This document shows positions 1 through 12,386 of a DNA stretch of 64,000 bases, one piece after another. The DNA lies in the NCBI GenBank assembly GCA_032718475.1, contig JAUCBJ010003535.1, positions 17,126 through 81,125 on the forward strand. The letters run 5' to 3'. Source of the stretch: Nemertoderma westbladi. Lineage: Eukaryota > Animalia > Xenacoelomorpha. The notes below the pieces were generated by a model. That model was not told the DNA's origin, searched no databases, and was given only the letters and a program-made list of their open reading frames with translations. The first letter of the stretch is position 1; every line of letters starts with the position of its first letter. A program made the position numbers and the translations under genes.

Positions 1-59
1 AAAGCTGTCTGGATAAGAGTAATTAGTTACCAGTAAGGGAGCTGTATACCTAAATAAAG

Positions 60-635
60 GATACTTTGAATACGTAAGGAAAAGGCATGGGCAGCCTTGA
101 ATAGGCTTTCCAGGATTTGGAAGTCACCGATAATTAATCGGAAACTTAAGGTCCGATTATTTAGAGCAGCAGTAGTTCCAGTACTCCTTACGGGAGTCCA
201 TGCTGGGCTCTAACTGCTGAGGACACCAAATCTCTGGATGGCACATTCACAAGAATGCTACGCCGGGTTCATTGTGTCAAGTACAATGCACACATCTCCA
301 ACCAGACCCTATATAACATTGGAGGTGTCTCATTGGTTCCCCCAAGCTTGACACTAGAACAAAATCGCCTCCGCTTTGCAGGACATTGCTTTCGCCGTGA
401 GGACCAGCCAGTGCATAATCTTGTACTTTGGCAGCCTCATGGAGTGAATAAGCATGGTGGACAGCCCATGACTTTCTTGAGACGCATCTTAAAGGACACT
501 GGCCTTGAAGATGCGGATGATCTAGCAAATGTCATGGGTGATAGGGAGTTGTGGCGGTGCAATTTTGTTGACAAGCCGGTACAGCATTCTTAAAAATGCA
601 GCTGCAATGCAGCATGCCGATCCTAGTAGTAGTAG
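60..635 (+). mobile_element. RTE-clade non-LTR retrotransposon, 3' fragment (RT C-terminal region)
   Basis: ORF 255-593 has the RLRFAGHC..LVLW..DTGL..DRELW C-terminus typical of RTE ORFs and ends in a (TAG)n tail. Same family as the copy at 61.7-64 kb. Confidence 0.8.
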
Positions 636-843
636 AGCTGTATACCATAGGGCTAAGTATAACGAGATGAAAGTCAATGAGGTCATTTAGAAAGTAATGG
701 CGGTGCAATTTTGTTGACAAGCCGGTACAGCATTCTTAAAAATGCAGCTGCAATGCAGCATGCCGATCCTAGTAGTAGTAGAGCTGTATACCATAGGGCT
801 AAGTATAACGAGATGAAAGTCAATGAGGTCATTTAGAAAGTAA
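552..843. repeat. Tandem duplication, 2 x 146 bp, of the LINE 3' end plus flank
   Basis: 552-697 is repeated at 698-843. Confidence 0.95.
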
Positions 844-1154
844 TATATAAAACTAATTATTGGTAAATCTAAAAAGGGTCTAATTAGCCTAATTGTGAAG
901 TGTCACCCAGACAGTCTGGCGCCAATGACACCCAATGACACCCTATGGGTGCTACGACTCATCGTTGAGTCATGAGTGTGGTCGGACTGTCGCCGAGAGG
1001 AGCAAACCTTTACTACTCATATATAAAAACAACACTCTTTTAATCCTACAAAATTGTGGACCCTAAAAAGGTAAAGCCCCCCTTAACTCCAAGAAGATCA
1101 CATTTTATGCATGAGACATGACACATCATTAAAAAATATTAAATTGTCGGCGAA

Positions 1155-1452
1155 TGGTTTAGATTCTCGGCGCCTTGTTTAGATTTCGGTTTAGATTTCG
1201 GCCAAGATTTCGGATTAGATATCTACAAGCCCAAATCGAAGCCGAAATCGACGCCGAAATCTAGGCAGAAATCTATGCCAACTGTAGAGTCGAATTACAC
1301 ACTATGGTACTGCGGTACCATAGTGCTGTACTGGTAACAGGGAAACACAGGCTGACAAGAAAACAAAACTGCAGCTGTAGGACTTCCCTCCAAAATTTCC
1401 GCTTAGATTTCGGCCTAGATTTCAGCTTAGATTTCAGCCTAGATTTCGGCTT
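1155..1452. repeat. Short AGATTTCGGC-type repeats in both orientations, probably transposon subterminal repeats
   Basis: tagatttcgg and ccgaaatc units at 1160-1275 and 1400-1452. Confidence 0.55.
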
Positions 1453-2694
1453 TGATAATAACCTTGTTTTGGATTGTATTTAAGAGGTAGTAATATTTAA
1501 AATATATGAAACTAATTAGAGACCAATATCTAAGCCTTCTGCATGTTCTAGAGTGTTGGAGTCATGTAATTCAGATAATATTTCTAGTTGTGATAAATTG
1601 GAAAAAAACCAATTTGGTTTTTGTGGCTCGGCACTGAAATTTGTATTTTCGCATTGAGGGGGGGGGGGGGGGGGGGGGGGGAGGACCCCCAATTTGAACC
1701 TCACATTTTTGGTCTCTGGACCATAAAATTGGGTTAAAAATTTTTTTTTTCTTGCTACAAAACATCGTCTGGACTGTGAAAGAATAACCAAACCAAATAT
1801 TTTTAAAATTGGAACCAAAATGGCTCCGTAATGGCAAAAAGTGCCATTTTGCGCCAAAGGCTACGCCAGAGTGGTGAGGGTTGGATCCCGATTGGTATCA
1901 ACAATAAAGTATATAATATATCAGGTCAGTATATATTATCACAACTAGTCTGATACCAGCAAACACAGACTGCATGGCCGGTACCGATAATGGTACACGG
2001 AGGTAAGAAAGGTACGTAACTATGCTGATGTACAGGGTAAGATAGTGCTGCCATGTGACACAGTCAGACTGAGGCCCCTCCGACAATGCGGTACCTGTTC
2101 GGCCTTAGGTCTATATCCACTATAATATATATATGCTAGACCTTAACGTCTGGCGTATACGCTAGACCTAAGGTCTGGAGCTTTTTCTCTACCAATATTT
2201 GGATTTTTGGAGTATTGAGAAAGGTATTCTTAACAATTGTACCAAATTTCAACTCATGTCAGTTAAAATTGGCGGATAAATATACTTTTTCATGAAAAAA
2301 CGTCATTCTGAGATATGGGTGTTAAGTTTAAGGAACAATTCGAACCTTCCCGCTATTTTAGATAATACCATTTTTCTATGTTCAACAATAACTTTGTCAA
2401 AAGTGAATGAAATTCAACGACATTTTTCATCTTTGGTAAACATATAACTAGAAAAACAACTTTCTGGCAATTTTATTAATATCTGTACCGTAAGAGCCTT
2501 TTTTATGAAAAGGGCCCCGTACAATTGTAAGTATAGTGCTGCTTGAAGGCTTGTCAAAAATCAGACTAGCTCTTACGTTTTGGGTAATAACTTGAGTTTG
2601 AGAAAAGATATGAGAAAACTGCTCGCATATTTGAGATCTCCATTAAATTGGGCACATGAAAGAATAAAAAAGTTTTTTGTCAATTTCCAAAATA

Positions 2695-4636
2695 GGGGGG
2701 TGCAGACAGTGGTGTAGATACTAGTGCAGACAGTGGTGCAGACACCTGGTGCAGACAGTGGTGCAGACAGTGGTGCAGACAGTGGTGCAGACAAAGGTGC
2801 AGACAGTGGTGCAAACACTGGTGCAGACAGTGGTGCAGACACTGGTGCAGACAGTGGTGCAGACAGTGGTGCAGACACTGGTGCAGACAGCTGGTGCAGA
2901 CAGTGGTGCAGACAGTGGTGCAGACACTGAGTGCAGACAGTGGTGCAGACACTGGTGCAGACAGTGGTGCAGACAGTGGTGCAGACACTGGTGAAAATAC
3001 TGAAATACCAGAGTACCACAAAACACAATACCACCAGGCACTATTATATTATATTTTATCATAGACTTTATTATCTACAAATATGCGAGTAACTACTGAA
3101 ATGTTCTACATGAAGTAGGCAGGAAGTATGTAGTACAAGTCGGGGTGCGTGGGGGTGAATGTGCCCTGATTACAAATAATTATAAGTGGTGTGTACGAAA
3201 GTAATTAATCGGTATTCCCGTTTTCATATAAACAATAATGTATACAAACTGTGAGCACCATGCAGCAATGTCTCCAAGGAATGAGGCTTAAGCGACAGTG
3301 TTTGATTGTTTATGCATGAACTACTTTATACAGAGTATGTTTAATTTCACTGCTTATTAATAAAACGAGCTAATCAAGTTATTGTCTCATGATGCTCAGT
3401 CGTCAGTCTGACTTGTTGGCTACTAAATTCAAATGTAATTGTTATTATCGACATTCAATAAATAATAAGTATTAACACTTCTTATTATAACTGTAATGTA
3501 GTTCTGTATAAAAAGCCGTATCACTGTCGAGTTTGAAGAAAAGGTGATGGAAATGTGTGGGTCTTGGGACACATTAGAACTGGAAGTCAAACAAGTAGCT
3601 TCATTCTCTAGCTAGGTTAAATTGTATTTATATATTTATAATTAAATGCAATTTAAATTCGTTATATATTGAACTGAATCTATAAGATGGGGGGGGGGGG
3701 GGTGGGGGGGGCTTAGACGCAGTAAAAATTAGACGCAAATAACAGCTGCTGATTACTCCCAAAAATAAAGCTGGAACCTGTTCTATTGAGTTTCGTTTAA
3801 TGTTTTGGTTAGAATAATGTGTCACTGTTAACTCACGCTCGAACATGCGACGGTGTCTGCACCTGGTGTCTGCACCAGGTAGCTGAACCAAGTGTATGCG
3901 CCAGTGTCTGCACCACTGTCTGCACCACTATTTGCACCACTGTCTGCGCCACAATCTGCACCACTGTCTACACCACTGTCTGTACCACTGTATGCACTAG
4001 TGTCTGCACCATTACCTGCACCAGGTGTCTGCGCCAGTGTCTGCACCACTGTCTGCACCACTGTCTGCACCACTGTCTACACCACTGTCTGCACCACTGT
4101 CTGCACTAATGTCTACACCACTGTCTGCACCACTGTCTGCACCACTGTCTGCACCAGTGTTTGCATCACTGTATGTACCTCTGTCTGCACCACTGTCTGC
4201 ACCACTGTCTACACCACTGTCTACACCACTGTCTGCACTACTGTCTGCACCAGTGTTTGCGCCAGTGTCTGCACCACTGTCTGTACGACTGTCTGTACCA
4301 CTGTCTGCACCACTCCATGCACCACTGTCTGCACCATTGTCTGCACCACTGTCTGCACAACTGTATGCACCACTGTCTGCACCACTGTCTGCACCATTGT
4401 CTGCAACACTGTCTGCACCACAATCTGCACCACTGTCTACACCAGTGTCTGCACCACTGTCTGCACCACTATCTGCACCAGTGTCTGCACCACTGTCTGC
4501 ACCACTGTCTGCACCACTATCTGCACTACTGTCTGTACCACTGTCTGCACCAATATCTGCACTACTGTTTGCACCACTATCTGCACCAATGTCTGCACCA
4601 CTGTCTGCACCAGTGTCTGCTTAACGTTTACACCCC
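2695..4636. mobile_element. Foldback-type element with inverted 12-bp satellite arms; left terminus damaged
   Basis: (TGCAGACAGTGG)n at 2700-2992 faces (TCTGCACCACTG)n at 3855-4620. The right end gtctgcttaacgtttacaccc matches the right end of 29099-30496. Confidence 0.8.
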
Positions 4637-6658
4637 CGAAAAACGCGTTTAGACTGATATACCTTTTCTCACTGCTGAACTCTACAAATGGTACTCATTT
4701 GGGAACGCCATGAGGTTTTAATTGATTATTTAAAAAAAACTTACGTTGGACAAATTTCATGGATTTGTATTATTTTGTATTGTTTATGTATTTATATATG
4801 GTAATTATTTATCTATCCGTATTTAGTAAAGGTTAAAGTTTGAATTTACTGGTTCTAGTCTGTGCGATTTTGGACAATCTATTTTTATCAATAGATATAA
4901 TATCTATATATCTATACAGGTTATAAGACAGAAATAAGCGATACAAACCACATAATAAGGATAAATTTGGGAAAAATACAAATTCTTCATATAAAATCCC
5001 AGTAGAATTTCGAGTGAAAACCTGGTATTCTTCACATGGGCGCAAATGTCACCTACCAAATATCAAGAAATTAGACTCTCGTTGACTTGAATTATATTCG
5101 TGCAAAATTTGAACTATGCAACTTGACAACAACATATAAATTCCAGAAAGACATTTTATTACATTCAGTAAACTCTACTCATATAATATTCATATCTAAT
5201 AACCAAAGTAACATATTTAAGAAGTTTCTAAGGAAATATTATAAAACAAGTGCCATAAATAGGAAATAGATTAATTAATATGCCCACGTTAATTTTAGCA
5301 ATCGGGCCGCCTCTGCATGACCTTTAGTATTAGTATACTTTGGTAGGACCTCCACGTTTTTCTGTGCTTACTTTTAATTTGCGAATGAAATAAATTATCA
5401 GATTTTTATGTTCAAAATAACAAATAATTATAAATTTAATTTCCCGTCTACAATACGTTGTTATGTAAAATAACACGATAACTCCAAGAAGCCCATCTCC
5501 CGTTAGTCAACTTTTAGATTCTCCAATCATCAATATTCATATTGTTGTGGTTGTGACTTGTAAATCATATTCTTGTTGGTTTTCAAGAACAACGTGTTGC
5601 CGCCGAGAATTTCTATCGTTGCCCGGCGCCCCTTTATTTATTGAGTATGACAGATATGCGTCGATACGTTGTTGTTGTTTCCAGTTCAATATTCCAATAA
5701 TAGCAGTGCCAAGATTTGCAACATAGTATTTGGCTTGCGTGTTCCATTCCTATAACCCATCCCAACTCTATAAAGAGAGGGCCCCGCCTGGTATTTGTGA
5801 CAAATGTCAATTGATCACCGTTTACTATACAGTACGGCACAATTATTGATATCTTCATAATTAGGTTGTGTATGACAGGACAGATATAATAAGTAGGTTG
5901 CTAAGTAAACACATGTTGCTATTCTCCAATTCCTCTTGTTATTCAATAATTTAATTCCATAATTAATTACAACTGTAGTTCTTTATTACAAAGAATAACA
6001 GACATGAAGTGTGGTGCATTATTTCGGTGACGGCCCCAACCGCATGGACATCCTGAACATTTTTAAACGAATACTATAAACATTATATTTTTCGCGGTAA
6101 TTTGGCGAATACATCAAGATTTAATTATTTTTATTTAAACTCCTTCGATTACAACTGTTTTTTATTACCAACAATGACTCGTTTTTTTATCGTATTCATA
6201 TATACATATTTTTTATCGTATTCATTTATAGTGTTTGTAAACTGTACGTCGATTACATCCTATACTGTAAGCGCGTAGAACACAGCGTATTGGCGCTATA
6301 TAAATACTTATTAAATAAGTATTATTATAGAAGTAGGTTTGGCTTGTTTCCATGGCATATCCATCATGGTGAACCCGTATTATTAAACTGTAAGATAGGC
6401 CTTATTTGATAGAAAATTTATTAGTTTTGATATATAATTAATTTAAACGTTTAAATGTTATTCTAAAATATTTTGTGATAAATGTGACACTGCTGGTGTT
6501 ATAATTGTTTTGCTACTACAGTTTGTACATCTATAATTTTAGATTAATTAACGTACGTCCGAGGGACTTTCGACGCAATCTTCATCCTTCTCCATGTGAA
6601 AATCGACGCTAATGTGACGTCATCGTAACCCTAAATAGGCTGTTCTACCACTACACCA

Positions 6659-6941
6659 TGGTCACACCTTGGTGTAGTTGTTGCATTGAATTCACATCTA
6701 CTGTAGGTCGTGGGTTCGATCCCAGCATGGGGGCCAGCGCAGTTTTCGTTTCGACACGAATGCTTTGAAGGGGCCAGCCAGCGTACCTTACATCATTAAG
6801 TGGTAGCTAAATTACTACCGGTACTGGAGTTTCCTCTGGGGAGTAAAGTTCTGGGGGGATCGCACTGGAAATAAGTCGTCAGTCTTTGTGCGTAATCCCT
6901 GGTCTAACGGCCGAAGAAAATTTACTTCACTTTTACTTTTA
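6659..6941 (+). mobile_element. tRNA-derived SINE
   Basis: A-box-like tggtgtagttg, B-box ggttcgatccc, and a (tttac)-type 3' tail. Confidence 0.6.
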
Positions 6942-7748
6942 TCAGCATTAGTATATTATTTTAGCTTGAATAACGTGCCACTGCAACCTGCTCCTTTCCC
7001 TTAATTAATAATTTAACATTGAGGCGAGATATTAATTAGTTGAGATGCGATTAGGACCCCCCCCCCCCCCTCCCCTCCCTATCTGACCTAAACTCTACTT
7101 TATTTTTAATTTATAATAAATTATGTTAATTACGCCATGATATTGGCAGACCCAGGAAAATTAAAATCATAAAATTATATATAAATATGAAGCTAAAATT
7201 TAAAATTTTATGTTTATTAATAGACTATACATTCATTCTTTAAAGTATATATATAACTTACTACTTACTATTCGACGCACTATTTCTTAGAAACATCAAT
7301 AATAGATAATATGTTATGTACTGCATCGTAGTATATAGAGTGTGTAGTGTGCAAATAATGGCTATGTTAGTTGTGTGAATAGTATTGCGTGCCCATTTAT
7401 TTACCTACTAAGTCTGCTCTATTGATTGTGAGAGTTGATAGAAATTACGTCTTCTGTTCTCAACCTAAAGGTTTCATTTCTGAACTCCAGTTCGCTTACT
7501 GGGAATACGAATCTAAATTTAAATATAGGTTTACTTATTAGTGATTGAATTGCTTAATTATAACTACATTGAACCTTTATAAGAATTAATATATGTTAAC
7601 ACTTTATTAAATGTTAAACTATAGTCTGTATGACTCCTACTGTTTGTGACTGTTCTAGTTGTAGCATTGTAATATTTATTACGAAATAAAAACATTACCA
7701 AATATATTTTGTGATGATAGCAACTAAGTCAAGTCTTTCACTGCTTAG

Positions 7749-8059
7749 TTATTTAAGAGGATGTTACCCGGTTTCCATAGCAACTCGACACCATATCTCC
7801 ACCCAGTGAAACGGATTAGTGCACCCCTAGATGAACGTTGTCAGGAGACCGCTAGACTACCAGAGAGACCACGGGGTAATCACTACATTATAGATTCCAG
7901 TGGGGACTCAGATACAGACAGTGAGGCTAGCGTCATAGAGATAATTAAAGTGAGCCTCCAGCAGCCTAACAAGCAAACCAACCCTAGCGATGTTCGTAAT
8001 AATGTAGAAGAAACTGGTACAGTTGTTGGAGAAGAACAATTCAATAGTACCTTTAATAG
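7749..8059 (+). CDS. Candidate upstream coding exon of the ZMYND11-like gene (low complexity, acidic/Ser-rich)
   Basis: Acceptor gtctttcactgcttag, open frame (ATG at 7761), donor AG|gtgaga in phase 2, compatible with the exon at 28716. Linkage to the gene is inferred. Confidence 0.5.
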
Positions 8060-8212
8060 GTGAGACAATTAATATAATATTAATAATATAAATAAATCAC
8101 GACAAAACAAAATTTTGTAATAGAATAAACTCGTTTTTCTAGTTTTTCAATTGTAGTTGCGAAATGTTATACTGTGCCTTGTGTTCTGTCAGTTTGATTT
8201 AGTTATTATGTG

Positions 8213-9492
8213 TGTTCGCGCTTTCAGACCTTTGGCAGTTTAACCCACCAAATTAAGATGTCTTCTAGATATTAAATCTGTTTTTTAGTCTATGACAAGT
8301 ATTTGATTCACTACACTAGTCGAAACCAATCCGTGCGCGACCATTCACCCGCTGGATATTCCCGGGAGATTGGGTTCGACGGTTTAATTTTATTGCTATG
8401 TAAGCCTAATGTATTATTCGACTGACAGTACTATATAATCTCTGACAATATTATTCACCTTCGGTAATATTAACAGTTCCTTTAGGACGTGGCGCTTTAT
8501 CTATATAAACAGAGTTATGACTTAAACTACTCACAACGATATGGCTTAATTATAATTCACATATATGGCGCATTCTTTAGGAATTGCTTCTTTAACAGAC
8601 TCACTCATACACAATGCTGCACAATACTGCACACTAATCTGCCAATCTTCACTGATTTTAGTCACATATAAAAGGAACACAGACTGACTCATGTAGGGTC
8701 TATCAAATAACATTAGATTCACTTCAAACCACTTTAACATAAGTCACAATCGTTTATCTGTAACCCTTCTCTCTTACCTTCGGTATATCAAGAATATTGG
8801 GTTTCGGGGTTATTTATCGTTATTCCAAATATAATTATTCGTCAACCATATTATGAAGAACTGACGGTAAATAGCAGTATAAAACAACAATGAAAACACT
8901 GATTGTTATGAGTTTGCAATGTTTCAGCAGTCAGCATGTATCATCAGTCAGCAGTGATTCCATGAGTTTGATCGGTATGTTAGTACCGGTATGTCAGCAG
9001 TGAGATATTTACAGTTAAAGGATATATGCCCTTTATAATTAAACCTACTAGTGTAAGACTAAAAAGCAGTACAGCACAAAATACTTCCAAGCCGTTCTTT
9101 CTTTGGCTCAAGACTGAATGTAAACACTGCACATAGGCATTGCGTCATTTCTCGGAAATTTTCTGTACAAGGAGCCACAAAACGCTCTAATTGGCTGACT
9201 GAACTGAGAGACGCCGTAGAACAAAGGAAATCAACACGTATGAATGTCAGCTGTTAACCGTAGTCATAGTAACTACTGTTCAAGAGTAGCTATCACCCCT
9301 TTGCGTCACGAATTGCCATAGAATCATAAAATATGCCTTTCACAGTACACATACGGAGGAAATAGGTCTTAGATCCTCTAAAAACACCGATACAGCAATA
9401 ATACGGTCTCTTACACTTATTAAATCAACTACAGAGTATTTTAATGTAAAAGATAATAAAAATAACGGGGCAATTCAGCAAAGGCTTTTACA
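8213..9492 (-). repeat. 3' LTR (1280 bp)
   Basis: Near-identical to 18639-19919. The adjacent purine tract GGGAGCGG on the minus strand (9493-9500) serves as the PPT. Confidence 0.95.
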
Positions 9493-12386
9493 CCGCTCCC
9501 AGAAAATGGGATTTTCAGTCTATAAAATATAAAAATCACAGTTTCTAAAACATAAAGATACTCTAAACAGTTAGTCTTTCTTACGCAGACGGCGTTTACG
9601 CAGTTTTTTGAGGCTAGCAAGAGTCTTTTTCTCTTTGGGGGGAGCCACTTTACTAGGAGGGCCATAACTCCTGGGTGAAGGGTGCAATATGATTGCATTA
9701 GAAGGTTTGGGTTTACTGTCGGTGTCTCGTCCATTTCGATATGCTTCTCCTCGAGCTGATTTTCCTCCGCTTGTCATGGGATACGTTCGTCCAAAACTCT
9801 CGCAGAGAATAGGGTTTTCTAAGCTTGATATCTTCTTTGAGATTCGAGGTTTCCCAATCGAACTGAGATAAGGCCAATTCGTTTATCGATTGGACTTACT
9901 GTGATAACTTACGTTTATCTGAACAAACGCAGGTTTCTTTTTTGATCTTTATAAAATAGCGTTTAACTCGTTTCGTACAACGCTCTCCTTCACCTTGATG
10001 AAGGGTTGTATCGCGTTAAACGGGACGACCATACGGTTGGATAGTGATATTAGGTGTCTGCGTCATAATCCAGCTAGGTAAGATGGGCGGCTAGCTAGAA
10101 ATCACTGTCGGAGTGTTACCGATTAATTGTTAGGGTAGCACTAGATCTTTGAACAGTGAATACAGGCCGCGAGGATCCGCGACACCACCAAGATCGCAGG
10201 TCTGAGGTCCAACTAAGGAATGAGGAGGTTTGACCGAGTATTCCGGGACTCTGATCGTAGGTTTACTCCAGGATCGTTCGAGCCGAGTGAGCATAGGTGA
10301 TACGTCAACAAGTTTCGGTTTACATGGATGTTTATGTCTTTCCGTTTATTATTTGGGTCTAGGGCATTTATCGTAATAATACCAAAGACGCACGTCTGGT
10401 AGGGTAAACGCGGGTGACATTTATTTGTTGTTACAATGCTTCTATCAAGAATTCCAAATATACTTTGGAGTTACCGCGTCCATTTGTTTCTTTAGTGTCT
10501 TTTCTTTCGAGCCGATTTCGAATAGAATTTTCGCATTCGAATTTCAGTTTATGGTTCCGACTCCGCTGGGCAGGATATATAGTCGACATAGTCCGTATTG
10601 TGTAAATCGATAGGATGACCAGTAGTTAAGAAGACCATATACGTACCATTACGCTGCGTATATCGAGCAGCGAATTTTCTATAGTCCAACTCGCGCGCGA
10701 GCTGCTCTTGGGACATTGGCGGTTCGATATAACGACCATCGTCCTCCGCAGCAGTTGGACTAACGTCGCCGCGTATTAAGCTATCAACAAACGCTTGCAA
10801 AAGTAGAGTATATCGCTCCCCGATACCAAGACCATCTTCTATCAACTCCGTCATATCTGCTATATATGAGTTTATCCATATTATAATGAGTCCACATTTA
10901 GGCGAGCGGGCGTCGCTGCCTACCTCAATCAACCCCCGGACAGTACGAGATCCTCAGCGCCGATGTGTCGTCGCCGCTGTACTTTCGCCAACGACGTAGC
11001 CGCACAACGACAACGACAACCGGCACAAGTCACTCAACTGTCCGTCCCAAAGTCTTAGATGTACTTCAGGTTTTCCTTGGAGAGTTAGGTTACTTTACGA
11101 TTGCGACTGGCTACTGTAAACACACCTTAGTAGTAACATTCGCCTATAAACTCACAAGTACCACACACACAACTTGTCACAAATTACACACACTCGGGTC
11201 ACTTGTCCGTTAGTCAATGCCTTCCAGAATGTCACTGTATTATTATGTATCCTTGGATACTATCAGTGCACTATTTATTCCCTATGCTATTCAATGGGAC
11301 AAGCTTTCTATTGTTCGTTTAACTCAATTCTAATTCTAGCGTGGTTGTTGCTATGGTGACATTATGCAAAGCTAGCGGTAGAATTAGGGTGATTCCAATG
11401 CATACAGATCTGGGATGTTATTTAATAGTAATTCTTTAATAGTCAATGTCCTGTTTATACATGACTTTACGAATTTTATAGGCTATTAACTATGTTGGGG
11501 AGACTTTCGTACACGCATACGCATAATAATATAAATCTCCGCTCCCTTGATCTATTAATTAATGGAATTTTGGGAATGTTATAAATTGCGTAAAATGGCA
11601 ATTTATTAAATTCATTAAAAGACATGAATTTAAATTTATTCCCTGAAATTTTATTATTTGATAATTAAATGGACATATTTTGATTCTAGAACATGTCTAG
11701 GGACACAAGATCCTTAATTCTAAGAAAATTGTCTCTTTAAGAATATCGGTAAATGCTACGATATCTTAATTGACTAGAATTGTTGAAGGATCTGAATTTT
11801 ACAGATTTTGACTTATTTGATTTGTAAATATTAACTAATTAATATTTGAGATGGGCACCGATTTATTCCAGAACTTGTCTGGGGACGTTAACCACTGATT
11901 CTAGAATTTGTCTTTCAAGTATATCGGTGGGTGCCGCGATATCTTAATCGACTAGAATTACAGATGGTCAAAGGGTTTAACAGATTTATTCTGCGTTATA
12001 CGCTACTGTTAAAGGGACATCACGCTACTATATGTATTATTTAATATACGGTATGAGAGCAATATCGCACGAAGCAATGTCAGTGTGAAGAGGCAAGTCG
12101 TTTCCAAGGTCTACCCAGAGCTTGGTTTAACCGAGACACGAGGATCTGAACTTTGCATTCCTAATACCTAATAATTATTTCTTCGCCGTCGCACTAAATA
12201 TAATATAAGTAATTACGTACGTAATAAACACGAATATATTGCACTATTCTACACAATAATCGCTAAATAATATTCTACTAAATTAAATAAAACGATTATA
12301 ATAAAATTACATAGTAATACATACATAAATATAAAAATAATAAAATAATATAAAATAATAGAGTCACACACCCACTCCATATGTTG

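Noticed and set aside
2573-4713. ORFs with (CTTV)n, (SAPL)n, (CLHH)n, also at 29040-30564
   Set aside because: Artefacts of a stop-free 12-bp satellite that is open in most frames.
8489-8740. Identical small ORFs at 8489/18915 and 8546/18972
   Set aside because: They are identical only because they lie in the two LTRs; no coding signal.
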